Shown here: positions 9,550 through 19,149 of the stretch, one piece after another
Position numbering within the stretch: the first letter of the stretch is position 1
Layout of the letters: the number at the start of each line of letters is the position of its first letter
Assembly (NCBI GenBank): GCA_046760785.1
Contig: JBHIET010000003.1
Location: forward strand, 451 to 64,450
Reading direction: 5' to 3'
DNA length: 64,000 nucleotides
From: Anaerolineae bacterium
GTDB lineage: Bacteria > Chloroflexota > Anaerolineae > B4-G1
Notes under the pieces: model-generated
Seen by the model: the letters and a program-made list of their open reading frames with translations, nothing else
Database searches by the model: none
Told to the model about the DNA's origin: nothing
Made by a program: the position numbers and the translations under genes

Positions 9550-10797
9550 TTACTCGTATCGCAGCGCGTCAATCGGGTTCAAGAGCGAGGCCCGTCGGGC
9601 GGGGTAGATGCCGAAGAAGAGCCCCACCGCCGCAGAGAAAGTCGTCGCCAGCAGCACCGATTGGATTGTGAGGACAGCGCGGAAGTCCTCAACCAGCGTG
9701 GAGATGACCGCTGCCCCCAGTGCCCCCAGGCCGATGCCCATAACACCTCCCACCAGCGAAAGCAACATCGCCTCGATGAGGAACTGCCACAGGATGTCCC
9801 GCCGCCGCGCCCCCACCGCCTTGCGCAGCCCGATCTCCCGCGTGCGCTCCGTCACCGAGACGAGCATGATGTTCATAATCCCGATGCCGCCCACCAGCAG
9901 ACTTATGCCCGCGATTGCGCCCAGGAAAACCGTCAGCACGCCGGTAATCTGACCGAAGACATTAATAATATCGGCCTGGCTGACGATGGAGAAATCGTCC
10001 TCATCGCTGAATTCAATGCCGTGCCGTTCACGCAGGATGGCCGCGACCTGCTCGGCCGCTGCGTCAATGCGGTCATCGCTGCTCGCCTGGATGATGATGA
10101 GTGAGACCTTGTACTCACCGGAACGACTGCGAGACGGAAAAAGGCGAGTTTGGGCCGTCGCCAGGGGGACCAGAACAGTATTGTCCTCATCCCCCATCTG
10201 AGATCCCCCCTTCTCTTCCAGCACGCCGATGATGCGAAAGGGAATCCCGTTAATCTTCACCATCTGCTCCAGTGGATAAGGATTGTCAGGAAAAAGCTCT
10301 TCCACAACGGTCTTTCCCAGCAGGGCGACCCGTGCTCGGCTGTTCATATCCTCCTGATCGAAGAACATCCCCATCTCCACAGGCCAATTGCGCACGTTGG
10401 AGAAAACGGGGGTAACGCCCAGCACCTGAGCCACCGTATCTCGTTTTGCGGTGGCGACCGATGTCGAACGGATTTCCTCAGGAGAGATGGCCGCCACGTC
10501 AGGGGCGCGAATAGGGTCGCGCAGCGCCTCCACATCCCCGTTGGTCAACTCAGCCATGCTGCCGCCGCCCATGCCGGGCGGCCCCGCATTGTCCATCGAA
10601 CCGGGCATGACGAAGAGCAGGTTGGAACCCATGCCCCGGAACTGCTCCTCGATGTAAACCGAGACCCCCTCACCCGCCGACATCAGTGTGATGACCGCAC
10701 CGACGCCGATGATGATGCCCAACATTGTGAGAGCTGCTCGCAATTTGTTGGCTGCGAGGGCACGGAAGGCCAGGCGCATGCTCTCCAGGATGTTCAC
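9550..10797 (-). CDS. ABC transporter permease, MacB/FtsX type
   Basis: 415 aa. N-terminal TM, a large periplasmic domain, and a C-terminal FtsX-like 3-TM bundle (…[20 protein letters not shown]…). Confidence 0.88.
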   Translation of the reverse strand: MNILESMRLAFRALAANKLRAALTMLGIIIGVGAVITLMSAGEGVSVYIEEQFRGMGSNLLFVMPGSMDNAGPPGMGGGSMAELTNGDVEALRDPIRAPDVAAISPEEIRSTSVATAKRDTVAQVLGVTPVFSNVRNWPVEMGMFFDQEDMNSRARVALLGKTVVEELFPDNPYPLEQMVKINGIPFRIIGVLEEKGGSQMGDEDNTVLVPLATAQTRLFPSRSRSGEYKVSLIIIQASSDDRIDAAAEQVAAILRERHGIEFSDEDDFSIVSQADIINVFGQITGVLTVFLGAIAGISLLVGGIGIMNIMLVSVTERTREIGLRKAVGARRRDILWQFLIEAMLLSLVGGVMGIGLGALGAAVISTLVEDFRAVLTIQSVLLATTFSAAVGLFFGIYPARRASLLNPIDALRYE

Positions 10798-11522
10798 GCT
10801 TCCTCACCTCCCGCCACAGCCACCAGTGGCTCCGCCACCATCTCATTGTGAGTGATCAACCCATCGTGCAGATGCACGATTCGCCCGGCGTGTCGTGCAA
10901 TCGTCGAATCGTGCGTCACCACCACCACCGTGATCCCACGCTCCCGATTCAACCCCTGCAGCACCGCCATCACCTCGGCCCCCGACTTGCTGTCCAGATT
11001 CCCCGTCGGCTCGTCTGCCAGAATGATGGCCGGGTCGTTCACCAGCGCTCGCGCAATCGCCACCCGCTGCTGCTCGCCCCCGGAGAGTTCCGTGGGTGTG
11101 TGCTCTATGCGGTCCGCCAGCCCCACTGCCTCCAGCGCCTGCCGCGCCCGCTTCCGCCGCTCGGCCCGTCCCACTCCCGCGTAGACCAGCGGCAGCATCA
11201 CGTTCTCGAAGGCAGTCGTGCGCGCCAGCAGGTTGAAGGTCTGGAACACGAAGCCGATCTTGCGGTTGCGGATCGCCGCCAGGTGGTCGTCGTCGAGGCG
11301 GCTGACATCTTTACTCCCCAGCAGGTACGTGCCCGAGGTGGGCTGATCGAGACAGCCAATGATGTTCATCAATGTGGACTTGCCGGAGCCGGAGGGGCCC
11401 ATAATGGCCACCATCTGCCCCGCGTTTACCTCCAGCGAAGCGCCGCGCAGGGCGTGTACCTCCACCTCGCCCATCTGATATACTTTGGTGATGTCCTGCA
11501 GTTCAATGACTGGCGATGTCAC
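10794..11522 (-). CDS. ABC transporter ATP-binding protein (MacB/LolD type)
   Basis: Walker [10 protein letters not shown], signature LSGGEQQR, Walker B ILADEPT. 4-nt overlap with the permease gene. Confidence 0.93.
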   Translation of the reverse strand: MTSPVIELQDITKVYQMGEVEVHALRGASLEVNAGQMVAIMGPSGSGKSTLMNIIGCLDQPTSGTYLLGSKDVSRLDDDHLAAIRNRKIGFVFQTFNLLARTTAFENVMLPLVYAGVGRAERRKRARQALEAVGLADRIEHTPTELSGGEQQRVAIARALVNDPAIILADEPTGNLDSKSGAEVMAVLQGLNRERGITVVVVTHDSTIARHAGRIVHLHDGLITHNEMVAEPLVAVAGGEEA

Positions 11523-11538
11523 TTGCGCCTCCTTGCCC

Positions 11539-12912
11539 TTACGGATGCTGGAAATCGAAAGGTGTGGACTTCACCAAGACGACCACGTCGCCCTCGGAAA
11601 GACCATCGAGCACCTGAGCGACCCCCTCGTAGCGCACCCCTAACTCCACATCCACGCGCTCGACGGTGTCCCCCACCTTCCGGTTCACGTAGGTCTGTCC
11701 CGTGGTACGGTCCACACGCACTACCCAGGTGGGGATGGTCAATACGTCGGTGAGTTCTTCCACCACGATGGTCGCATTGGCAGTCATATCGGCGCGGACG
11801 GGTGCATCGGTGGGCGACAGCCTGATAGTCACCTCGTAGTAGACGACCCCACCCTCAAACGTGGCCGCCGGCGCAATTTTCTCGACGGTGCCAGCGATGG
11901 CAGTGTCCGGGAGTGCATCGAGCGTCACCTCAGCGGTCTGCCCCTCTACCAGCCGCCCCACGTCCATCTCGTCCACGCTGACGGCGATGCGGAAGTCGGA
12001 GGTATCGAGCAAGGTAATGGCCGGCAGCCCGGTCGCGGCCATCTCATTGGCGGTTACGTTGACCGCCGCGACGACGCCGTCGAAGGGAGCAAGCAGCGTG
12101 GCCTTCTCCAAATCGTTGTGGGCCTTTTCCAGGCCCAGTTCCGCCGCATCCACGTCTAACTGGGCAGCCTCGATATCCGCGTCACTGGCCCCTTCTAGCA
12201 ATTTATCAAGATTATCCTGAGCCTGCTGCAGCGCGTGGTAGGCGCGGGTTACCTCGTTCCGAGCGGTAGTCAGTTGAAATTCTGAATTCTCGACCGCCCG
12301 GTTGTACGCACCCAGCGCATCCAGGTAGGCGTTGTGGGCCATCTCCGTCCACTTGTTGCTCTCGCCCAAACGCGCAACCATATCTTGATACGTGCGATAG
12401 GTCTCATCTCGGGCATAGGCGGCCGCCCGCACCTCATCGCCCACCGAAACGCTGTGTTCCGTCAGGGTCAGATTTGACTTGGCCGCCTCATAAGCCGCCG
12501 CCGCGTCGCTGACGGCGGCACGCGCCACTTCGACGTCCGCCTCGTCCGGCGGCTCCTGCAGCCGTTCGAGTCGCAGTTGAGCCGCACGGAGGCTGATCTC
12601 CGCCTGCTGCACGGCGAACTCCAGGTCAGTGGTACCTAACCGCGCCAGCACCTCGCCAGCCTCGACTGTGTCTCCCACCTCTACCGCCACCTCAGCGACC
12701 CGACCAGGCAGATCGAAATCCAGGCCCACACGGGCCTGTGGCTCGACGCTGCCGCTGGACGAGACGGCCACGAGGATCCTGCCCCGTTCCACGACGGCGG
12801 AGCGGGTCTCGTCCTCCGGCTGTTGCGCCTGCCGCATCCGCCAAGCGACCCCACCAATGACCACCGCGATGACGACGGCACCAAAAATCACGTAGATCGT
12901 AGTACGTTTCAT
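11539..12912 (-). CDS. efflux periplasmic adaptor (HlyD/MacA family)
   Basis: N-terminal TM anchor, a long coiled-coil hairpin region and a beta-barrel C-terminus. ATG at 12912 with GGAGAGGA upstream. Confidence 0.85.
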   Translation of the reverse strand: MKRTTIYVIFGAVVIAVVIGGVAWRMRQAQQPEDETRSAVVERGRILVAVSSSGSVEPQARVGLDFDLPGRVAEVAVEVGDTVEAGEVLARLGTTDLEFAVQQAEISLRAAQLRLERLQEPPDEADVEVARAAVSDAAAAYEAAKSNLTLTEHSVSVGDEVRAAAYARDETYRTYQDMVARLGESNKWTEMAHNAYLDALGAYNRAVENSEFQLTTARNEVTRAYHALQQAQDNLDKLLEGASDADIEAAQLDVDAAELGLEKAHNDLEKATLLAPFDGVVAAVNVTANEMAATGLPAITLLDTSDFRIAVSVDEMDVGRLVEGQTAEVTLDALPDTAIAGTVEKIAPAATFEGGVVYYEVTIRLSPTDAPVRADMTANATIVVEELTDVLTIPTWVVRVDRTTGQTYVNRKVGDTVERVDVELGVRYEGVAQVLDGLSEGDVVVLVKSTPFDFQHP

Positions 12913-12945
12913 CGTTTCCTCTCCATTTGTGACCAAAGTCCAAAG

Positions 12946-12987
12946 ATGACCGGGGTCATATTATAGGCAACACGAGGGAAATGTCAA
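12946..12987 (-). promoter_or_regulatory. near-consensus promoter (TTGACA-16-TATAAT) with an abutting 14-bp palindrome ATGACCggGGTCAT
   Basis: Minus strand: -35 at 12982-12987, -10 at 12960-12965. A perfect inverted repeat at 12946-12959 covers the expected transcription start of the adaptor/ABC operon. Confidence 0.55.
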
Positions 12988-13025
12988 GGGGAAAGATGCA
13001 GAATGGAGGATGCAAGAAGCAAGTA

Positions 13026-16000
13026 TTAAACCAACGCCATCTTACGCAACCGCGCCGGCAGTAGCGGCGCTAGCAACGCCCACTCCTCCGGTGTGAGGGC
13101 ACGCATGAGTACTAACCCCACCAGGTAGACAATCAGGCTTGTCAAGAGCGCCAGCGGGAGATTGTAAGATGCCAGTGCCAAGGCCACGGCGCCCATCATC
13201 AGACCGACCAACGCGGGCCGGCCCAACGCTCGAACCCACCCCACCGACCCTAGGCGACGGCGCAGGTCGGCATAGAACAGCAACACCAGCAAGAATTCAC
13301 CGGCAATGATAATCCACGCGGAGGCAACGTAGCTGAACGCCTGCACAAAGAGCAAATTCGCCGCTACGGTGAAGACTACGCGCACGCCAGAGGCCAGGAA
13401 CACGTAGCGCTGGCGATTGAGAGCGATGAGCACGTAGTTGGTCAGGCTGTTGATCCAGCCGAAAAGGATAGACCAGACCAGGAACCGCAAGACTATCGCA
13501 CCATGAGGGAGAAATGCCGACCCACTCAGCAGCCCCACAAGTGATGTCGCCAGGAGGGTCACGAACATGGCCGCCGGCAGCGCGATCATTATCAGCAATT
13601 TCACTGACAAACAGTATGACCGTTGTAATCCCTGCAAGTCCTGCGCTGCCTGGCGCGACATCACCGGGAAGACAGCAAAGGTGAACATTGCCGGGATGAT
13701 ATTGAGTGCATCCACCCACTTGCGGGCCGCGTCGTACCAGCCCGCGGCCGCGTCGCCTTGCAGGTACTGCAAGAAAAAGCCGTTGATGCCGAAGAAGAGC
13801 GCCTGTAACAGCAGCGCGACCATCAACGGCCAACTTTCGGCCAGCATCGTGCGCTGGAGAGACCAGTCCATACGCCCACGCCCGCGTGGCAACCCGGCCC
13901 AGATCAACCGCCGGGCCAGCAGCGCCAGCATGGTCAGCGTCGCCACGTTCGTCAGAATCGAAGCCCCTGCCAGCCCCACAATCCCCAGCCCTCCGACCAG
14001 CGCCAGCACGCCCAGCGTAACCTTGACGATGGTCGTCACAGTCTGAATAGCGGCGGGAACCTCGTGCTTCTCGAAGGCACGGAAGAGCACCGTCAGGCCG
14101 TTCGCAATACTCCCCGGCAACAGGCCCACATAGAGCAGGACGACTGCCCAGACTGTCTCGCCGACCAGAGGTGTGCCTAACGCCTGCCGTCCGGCCAGGA
14201 AACTGCCCAGCAGCGGAATCGCCGCCACAAAGAGCAGCAGCCGCAGCACCGTTGAGTTGGCGAAATATCGGCGTGCGCGGGTACGGTCTCGGGCCACTTC
14301 ACGCATCAGATGCATTTCCAGCCCGAAATTGGCCATGATATCGAACCAGCCGTAGATGATCACCGCCGTGAAGTATCTTCCATTCCCCACTGGCCCCAGG
14401 ATGCGGGCCATCAAAGCGGCGAAGGCCATGTCAATCGCCCGGTTGAAGAGATTAAGGATGATGGGGGCGATGGAGTTCTTCGCCACCCGCCTGACGGTAC
14501 TGGCGTCGTCTTCCTCGCGGTAGAAGAAGCGCCACAGGTAGAGGCCCGCCAGGAAGAGCACCACCATTCCGGCGATGAAGCTGATGAAGGCACCCACCTT
14601 CACACTATCGGGGCTGTACTTGAAGCGTACGGTCCACGCGCCAGGCGAAAGCAACACGCCCCGGAAGTTGTCATCCACGCGATAGATCTCGACCTGCTGC
14701 TCGGCCTCTTCGCCACTCCCCTGCGGCCGCACGAAGGCCTTCCAGCCGGGGAAGTAGGAGTCAGCCAGCACGAGCCAACTCGGTTCGGAGACGGTCGCGT
14801 CCACGAACACTTCGTTGATGGTGTAGCTGGATACTCGTTGCTCGATACTGGACGCTGGTTGCGCAGCGCCGGTATCCGACACCGAGGTTCCAGCATCAAG
14901 GATCACATAGTTGCGGAGGTCGTAGAATTGCACAGCGGTGCCAAAGTCCTCGGTCTCCAGCGTCGCCGAGGCCGGCAGCGTGAAGGCACGGGGCATCGCA
15001 CCGAGGTTCTCGTACACCCGCACCGCCTCGTCCTGGTAGACCAGTTGGTACTTGGGGCTTTCGATCTCCACCTCGGTGATGACGTACTTGACGTTGAGCA
15101 GATCGGTGAGGGGACTATCGAGGCTCGACAGATTATGGAAGGAGGCGATGAGGTTGTACAAGGTCTCGTTCTGCGGCTCAATGAGCGCCATGTAATCGCG
15201 GTACTGAGCGGTGAAGAGCGAATCGTAGCCATTAACGGCCTGAAAGCCATAGAACATGCCCACGTTGGGATTCATCGTCTTGGTGGTGCCGGGCGGGGTG
15301 AAGGTGGCGTAGCGCCAGAGGGAAGTGTCTTGTTTCAAGAACTCGATCACCGGCGGGGTGTAGTCCAACAGCGCCGGGTTCACCGCAGGGCCAAAGCCCG
15401 CGCCGAAGGAGACGAGGTCCAGCACCAGCAGTCCCACCACCAGGAACTCCCACACAGGCCTGCCCTGAGCATGGTCGAAGGGCCGGCGGCAGACAAAGAT
15501 CGGGCAGCGACTCACACGCAGGACGATGCCGGTTCCCATCAGCAACAACCCAAAGAGCGCCACCCACTTGAACTCGTAGGAGTAAAAGGCGCGATGATCG
15601 GGGAAAGCCGCCGGAGCCTTCGCCAGCGAGAGGAAGACCCGCTCCACCAGCGGCTCGATCTGGGCGAAGAAGACCCGGCTGAGGGCCAGGCCGACCAGCG
15701 TGGCGAGCCCGCCCCAGAAGGCCAGCGCAGCGAGCAAGGATACCGGTGAGAAGGAAGCCTGGAGCAGAAGCAGATTGCAGATTCGAGATGGCAAACTCGA
15801 GATTACGCGTTGTGTGTTGCGTGTTGCGTATTGCTCCCTTGCTCCCTTGCTCCCTTGCTCCTTTGCCCCTCTGCTCTTCTGCACCGCCTCCACCCCAAAC
15901 CCCGCCAACACGGCCACTGCGACCGTGAGCGGAAAGACCCAACGGAAGGGGGAATGGGACTGTTCGAGACCCGGTAGCACGTAGACCAGGGCATAAACCG

Positions 16001-17300
16001 GCGTGCCGAAGATGCAGCCGAGGGAAAACAGAGCTAACAATGTGAAGAAGGGGATGTGCGGGTGACGGAACCAACTAACCAACCAACCAGCCAACTTCCT
16101 CGTTCGTTTGTTCGTTCGTTGGTTGATTAGCACCGCAATGACCGCCAGGAACAGCGGCAACAGGCCCAGGTAGGCACCGCCCTCGACATAGTTCTTCATG
16201 CCCCAGTCAATGTACTGCCCATTGTCGAACGTCAGCGCGGGAGCCCATTGCCAGTTGAAGAGATCGAAGTAGCCATGGTGGACTGGATTGCCAAAGAAGT
16301 TGGGAATGGCAAACGTGATCAGCCGCCGCTTGGGATAGGCCCACCCCAGAACCTGCTCCAGGCTCGCCGCCGCTTCGCCGCTACGGAAACTGCCGGCGTT
16401 CACCTCCAGGAACGGCACGAACTGCACCGCGCCCAGCGCTAGGCCCAGTGCCAGCATCACGATGAGCCAGGAGGCCGGGCGACGGCAGCCCACCAGCCGA
16501 CCAACCAACCAACTAGCCAACCGGTTCTTGTTGGATAGTTGGTTAGTCGGCTTGTTAGTTGGTTGGGTGATGAGACGCCACAGCGCGTATGCTCCCGTCA
16601 CCAGCAGCGCGAAGTACGTATTCTCCCCGTGACCGGCCAGCATCTGACAGCCCAGGCCCAGCGCTCCCAGGAGCACCCACGGCAGCGCCGCCGGCCGCCG
16701 ACCCAGCGCCGGTCGTTGCTGCACGATCAACTCGACCATCGCCAGGATGAACGGCAGCCACGATGCAGCGGCGATGAGCATGGGGTGCGGGACCGACGAG
16801 ACGAGCATAAAACCGCTGAACTGAAAGGTGATCCCGGCGATCAGCCCTCCCAGCCGGCGGATGCCTAACACGCGGGCGAAGAGGTACGCGAAGATGCCGG
16901 CCAGCCCCAACTGCAGCCAGGCGAAGACCCCGTAGGCCCGCCACAGCGGGAGGACGTAGAAAACAATACTCAGGGGGTAAAGGGCCGAGTGCTGGCCGTT
17001 GGCCAGGAAAGGATGACCGGCGAAGATATAGGGGTCCCAGAGAGGCAATTCACGGTTGTGGATCGCTTCCAAGATGAAACGTTTCCAGGCATAATTCTCC
17101 AGGATCAGATCGACAACCAGGTGATTGTGAGGATATGAGACCCCTAGCTCAGGCGTTGCTGCCCGATACGGCTCGAAGCGGAAGAGCGCGTCGAGCGGCA
17201 GCAGCGTCTTGGGTCCCAAGACCACCGGCGCGAGCAGCAGCAGGGGCAGCAAGAGCAGCAAAATGAGGATGCCCACGTCGGGCAGTGCTTTGCGGATCAT
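13026..17300 (-). CDS. fusion protein: YfhO-like polytopic membrane glycosyltransferase-like region (N, ~900 aa) plus MOP/Wzx-type polysaccharide flippase (C, ~490 aa)
   Basis: 1424-aa uninterrupted ORF. The N part has the many-TM and large-loop layout of YfhO family proteins. The C part starts near VAKNSIAPIILNLFNRAIDMAFAALMARILGP, typical of Polysacc_synt/MOP flippases. Confidence 0.75.
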   Translation of the reverse strand: MIRKALPDVGILILLLLLPLLLLAPVVLGPKTLLPLDALFRFEPYRAATPELGVSYPHNHLVVDLILENYAWKRFILEAIHNRELPLWDPYIFAGHPFLANGQHSALYPLSIVFYVLPLWRAYGVFAWLQLGLAGIFAYLFARVLGIRRLGGLIAGITFQFSGFMLVSSVPHPMLIAAASWLPFILAMVELIVQQRPALGRRPAALPWVLLGALGLGCQMLAGHGENTYFALLVTGAYALWRLITQPTNKPTNQLSNKNRLASWLVGRLVGCRRPASWLIVMLALGLALGAVQFVPFLEVNAGSFRSGEAAASLEQVLGWAYPKRRLITFAIPNFFGNPVHHGYFDLFNWQWAPALTFDNGQYIDWGMKNYVEGGAYLGLLPLFLAVIAVLINQRTNKRTRKLAGWLVSWFRHPHIPFFTLLALFSLGCIFGTPVYALVYVLPGLEQSHSPFRWVFPLTVAVAVLAGFGVEAVQKSRGAKEQGSKGAREQYATRNTQRVISSLPSRICNLLLLQASFSPVSLLAALAFWGGLATLVGLALSRVFFAQIEPLVERVFLSLAKAPAAFPDHRAFYSYEFKWVALFGLLLMGTGIVLRVSRCPIFVCRRPFDHAQGRPVWEFLVVGLLVLDLVSFGAGFGPAVNPALLDYTPPVIEFLKQDTSLWRYATFTPPGTTKTMNPNVGMFYGFQAVNGYDSLFTAQYRDYMALIEPQNETLYNLIASFHNLSSLDSPLTDLLNVKYVITEVEIESPKYQLVYQDEAVRVYENLGAMPRAFTLPASATLETEDFGTAVQFYDLRNYVILDAGTSVSDTGAAQPASSIEQRVSSYTINEVFVDATVSEPSWLVLADSYFPGWKAFVRPQGSGEEAEQQVEIYRVDDNFRGVLLSPGAWTVRFKYSPDSVKVGAFISFIAGMVVLFLAGLYLWRFFYREEDDASTVRRVAKNSIAPIILNLFNRAIDMAFAALMARILGPVGNGRYFTAVIIYGWFDIMANFGLEMHLMREVARDRTRARRYFANSTVLRLLLFVAAIPLLGSFLAGRQALGTPLVGETVWAVVLLYVGLLPGSIANGLTVLFRAFEKHEVPAAIQTVTTIVKVTLGVLALVGGLGIVGLAGASILTNVATLTMLALLARRLIWAGLPRGRGRMDWSLQRTMLAESWPLMVALLLQALFFGINGFFLQYLQGDAAAGWYDAARKWVDALNIIPAMFTFAVFPVMSRQAAQDLQGLQRSYCLSVKLLIMIALPAAMFVTLLATSLVGLLSGSAFLPHGAIVLRFLVWSILFGWINSLTNYVLIALNRQRYVFLASGVRVVFTVAANLLFVQAFSYVASAWIIIAGEFLLVLLFYADLRRRLGSVGWVRALGRPALVGLMMGAVALALASYNLPLALLTSLIVYLVGLVLMRALTPEEWALLAPLLPARLRKMALV
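15463..15482 (+). repeat. copy b of dispersed motif CCCTGAG-N5-TCGAAGGG, inside the YfhO-flippase gene
   Basis: Sequence ccctgagcatggtcgaaggg. Encodes PFDHAQG on the coding (minus) strand. Confidence 0.6.
15770..15880. repeat. in-frame short-period tract: 9 degenerate heptamers (63 bp) followed by 6 degenerate octamers (48 bp)
   Basis: Heptamers: gcagatt gcagatt cgagatg gcaaact cgagatt acgcgtt gtgtgtt gcgtgtt gcgtatt. Octamers: gctccctt x3, gctccttt, gcccctct, gctcttct. Encodes …GAKEQGSKGAREQYATRNTQRVISSLPSRICNL…. Confidence 0.8.
16071..16130. repeat. in-frame 60-bp period-4 tract with imperfect inverted symmetry (ccaN units then ttNg units)
   Basis: ccaa ctaa ccaa ccaa ccag ccaa cttc ctcg ttcg tttg ttcg ttcg ttgg ttga ttag. 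Encodes LINQRTNKRTRKLAGWLVSW. Confidence 0.75.
16501..16568. repeat. in-frame period-4 ccaa/ttgg tract containing a 13-bp hairpin (16509-16521 / 16530-16542, 1 mismatch)
   Basis: ccaactagccaac … gttggatagttgg. Encodes ITQPTNKPTNQLSNKNRLASWLVGRLVG. Confidence 0.75.
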
Positions 17301-17378
17301 ATCCAGCCGTCTGACGTCGCTGACGACACACCGCCTGAAGAGCCAGTGCTGGGCAGGTTGCAGCCCAGCGCCGTCTGT

Positions 17379-18131
17379 TCACGACGGCGTACCTGGCAAC
17401 CGGTCACTTGGCCGCAGGCGGTGATGCCGCCAGCGCACCTCCCACACCCGCAGCGCCGCTTCGGTCTTGACCAACATCGTCATCTTCGAGTGGCCAACAC
17501 GCCGGTCCTCGAAGCAGATGGGAATTTCCAGCACGCGATAGCCCAGCCGCTCGGCCACGTAGGCCATCTCGACCTGGAAGACATAGCCCTGCGAGCGGAT
17601 GCGGTGCAGACCGAGACCCTGCAACGTCTCCCGACGCCAGCACTTAAACCCCGCGGTGGCGTCCTTGACCTTGCACCCCAGGATCAGCCGGGTGTAGACG
17701 CTGTTAGCCCACCAGGAAAGCAGCCAGCGGCCCCAGCCCCACTGCTCGTCCGTCCCACCGCCCCGAACGTAGCGGGATCCCACAACCACATCGTAATCTT
17801 GGACATGCTCGAGAAATTGGGGGATATAACTGGGGGAATGGGAAAAGTCACAGTCCATCTGGACGATGAAATCGGCGCCGTGTTCCAAAGCCCAACGGAA
17901 CCCATCTATGTAAGCCCGACCCAGACCACGCGGGCCGGTGCGGTGCAACACGTGTACCCGACCCAAGTACTGAGCAGTTAACTCGTCGGCAATGCGACCG
18001 GTGCCATCGGGCGATTCATCATCCACGATCAGAACATCCAAAGTGGAGATGCCCAGGCCAAACAGTGCCTCGGTCATAGGCCCGACATTTTCGGCCTCGT
18101 TGTAGGTGGGGACGACAACAGTCAATTCCAC
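17379..18131 (-). CDS. GT2 polyprenol-phosphate mannose/glucose synthase (DPM1-like)
   Basis: N-terminal VVVPTYNEAENV, then DDESPDGT and a DxD-type motif (VQMDCDFSH). GTG start. Confidence 0.88.
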   Translation of the reverse strand: MELTVVVPTYNEAENVGPMTEALFGLGISTLDVLIVDDESPDGTGRIADELTAQYLGRVHVLHRTGPRGLGRAYIDGFRWALEHGADFIVQMDCDFSHSPSYIPQFLEHVQDYDVVVGSRYVRGGGTDEQWGWGRWLLSWWANSVYTRLILGCKVKDATAGFKCWRRETLQGLGLHRIRSQGYVFQVEMAYVAERLGYRVLEIPICFEDRRVGHSKMTMLVKTEAALRVWEVRWRHHRLRPSDRLPGTPS

Positions 18132-18149
18132 TGGAATACCTAACCACAG

Positions 18150-18196
18150 AAAAAACCGGCCAGATGCAGGGCCTGGGTTACAGGCCTGTCAGCCGG
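18150..18196 (-). terminator. intrinsic terminator after the Roadblock/V4R/REC operon
   Basis: Minus-strand RNA CCGGC…(inner GCCUG/CAGGC hairpin)…GCCGG followed by UUUUUU. Confidence 0.6.
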
Positions 18197-18228
18197 GGTC
18201 TGGACTGTTTGTGGCCCAATCTGCGCAC

Positions 18229-19098
18229 CTAACCCGCGCGTTGAGTTTCAACGATAGCCTGTTTCAAGTCCGCCAGACTGCCAAAGGAGTGCGCTGACGA
18301 CTTGAGCACCCCCATGGTGACATCCAAGTGCGGCAACCCCGAATCAGGGTTCGCTTGCTTGGCCTCCCAGTCTACACGAGGGTAGAAAAAGGCCATCGCT
18401 TCGTTCAGCCGCACCTCAAGGGCACGCTGAACGCGCTCTACCCTGGCCAGTCTCATAACGACGCAGAAACCTGTATCGTTCAAATGGCCCACAAATGCAT
18501 GGGGATCGCAGCTCTCGTTCACAACGTGGCTCAGCATCAGCGCCACGGCACGTACCACATCATCTCGCGCCACAAAGCCATAGGTTTCGGCAAACTCATC
18601 CAGCCCATGCAGTCCTACGGAGAGCACCGCCCAGTCAGAACAGCCCAGCAGTTCGCGCAAGCGCTCATCAAGCAGTAACACAGAGGGTAGACCCGTGATG
18701 GGATGAGACAGCGGCCCAAGTCTAGAACGGCGCAGCACATTGCGCACCCTCAAGCGCAGTTCCTGAACATCGAATGGCTTGGTGATGTAGTCGGCAGCGC
18801 CTAATCCCAACCCCATCAATTTATCTCCTCGTTGGCGTCTCTCGGTCAGGAAAATAACTGGGACGTGTTCGGTGCGCCGATGAGCACGCAGGTGACGACA
18901 TACTTCATAGCCATCAATATCCGGCAGGCGGATGTCCAGCACAACGAGGTCAGGGGTAGTCTTCTCTATGAAGGCCAAAGCGTCCTCCCCCCACCCTACC
19001 GCGGTAACCTGATAGCCCTGCGCCTCAAAGTACGAAGTCAACATTCCAGCCGTGTTCACCTGATCCTCCACGATGAGGATATGAGGAGCTTCCGCCAT
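18229..19098 (-). CDS. response regulator: REC plus degenerate GGDEF-like domain
   Basis: REC with DLVVLDIRLPDIDG. The C-terminal domain has a GGDEF-like layout (PITGLP…, …FAETYGF…), but the signature position reads GHLNDTGF instead of GGDEF/GGEEF. Confidence 0.8.
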   Translation of the reverse strand: MAEAPHILIVEDQVNTAGMLTSYFEAQGYQVTAVGWGEDALAFIEKTTPDLVVLDIRLPDIDGYEVCRHLRAHRRTEHVPVIFLTERRQRGDKLMGLGLGAADYITKPFDVQELRLRVRNVLRRSRLGPLSHPITGLPSVLLLDERLRELLGCSDWAVLSVGLHGLDEFAETYGFVARDDVVRAVALMLSHVVNESCDPHAFVGHLNDTGFCVVMRLARVERVQRALEVRLNEAMAFFYPRVDWEAKQANPDSGLPHLDVTMGVLKSSAHSFGSLADLKQAIVETQRAG

Positions 19099-19149
19099 AT
19101 TTTTTTCACCTTCCCCCAGAACACATGAGAAACGAATCTATCGGCACAT

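Noticed and set aside
14310-15749. 479-aa plus-strand ORF inside the YfhO-flippase gene
   Set aside because: It is an antisense shadow ORF. It has low-complexity charged composition and no TM or catalytic motif, while the minus-strand frame encodes a coherent polytopic protein.
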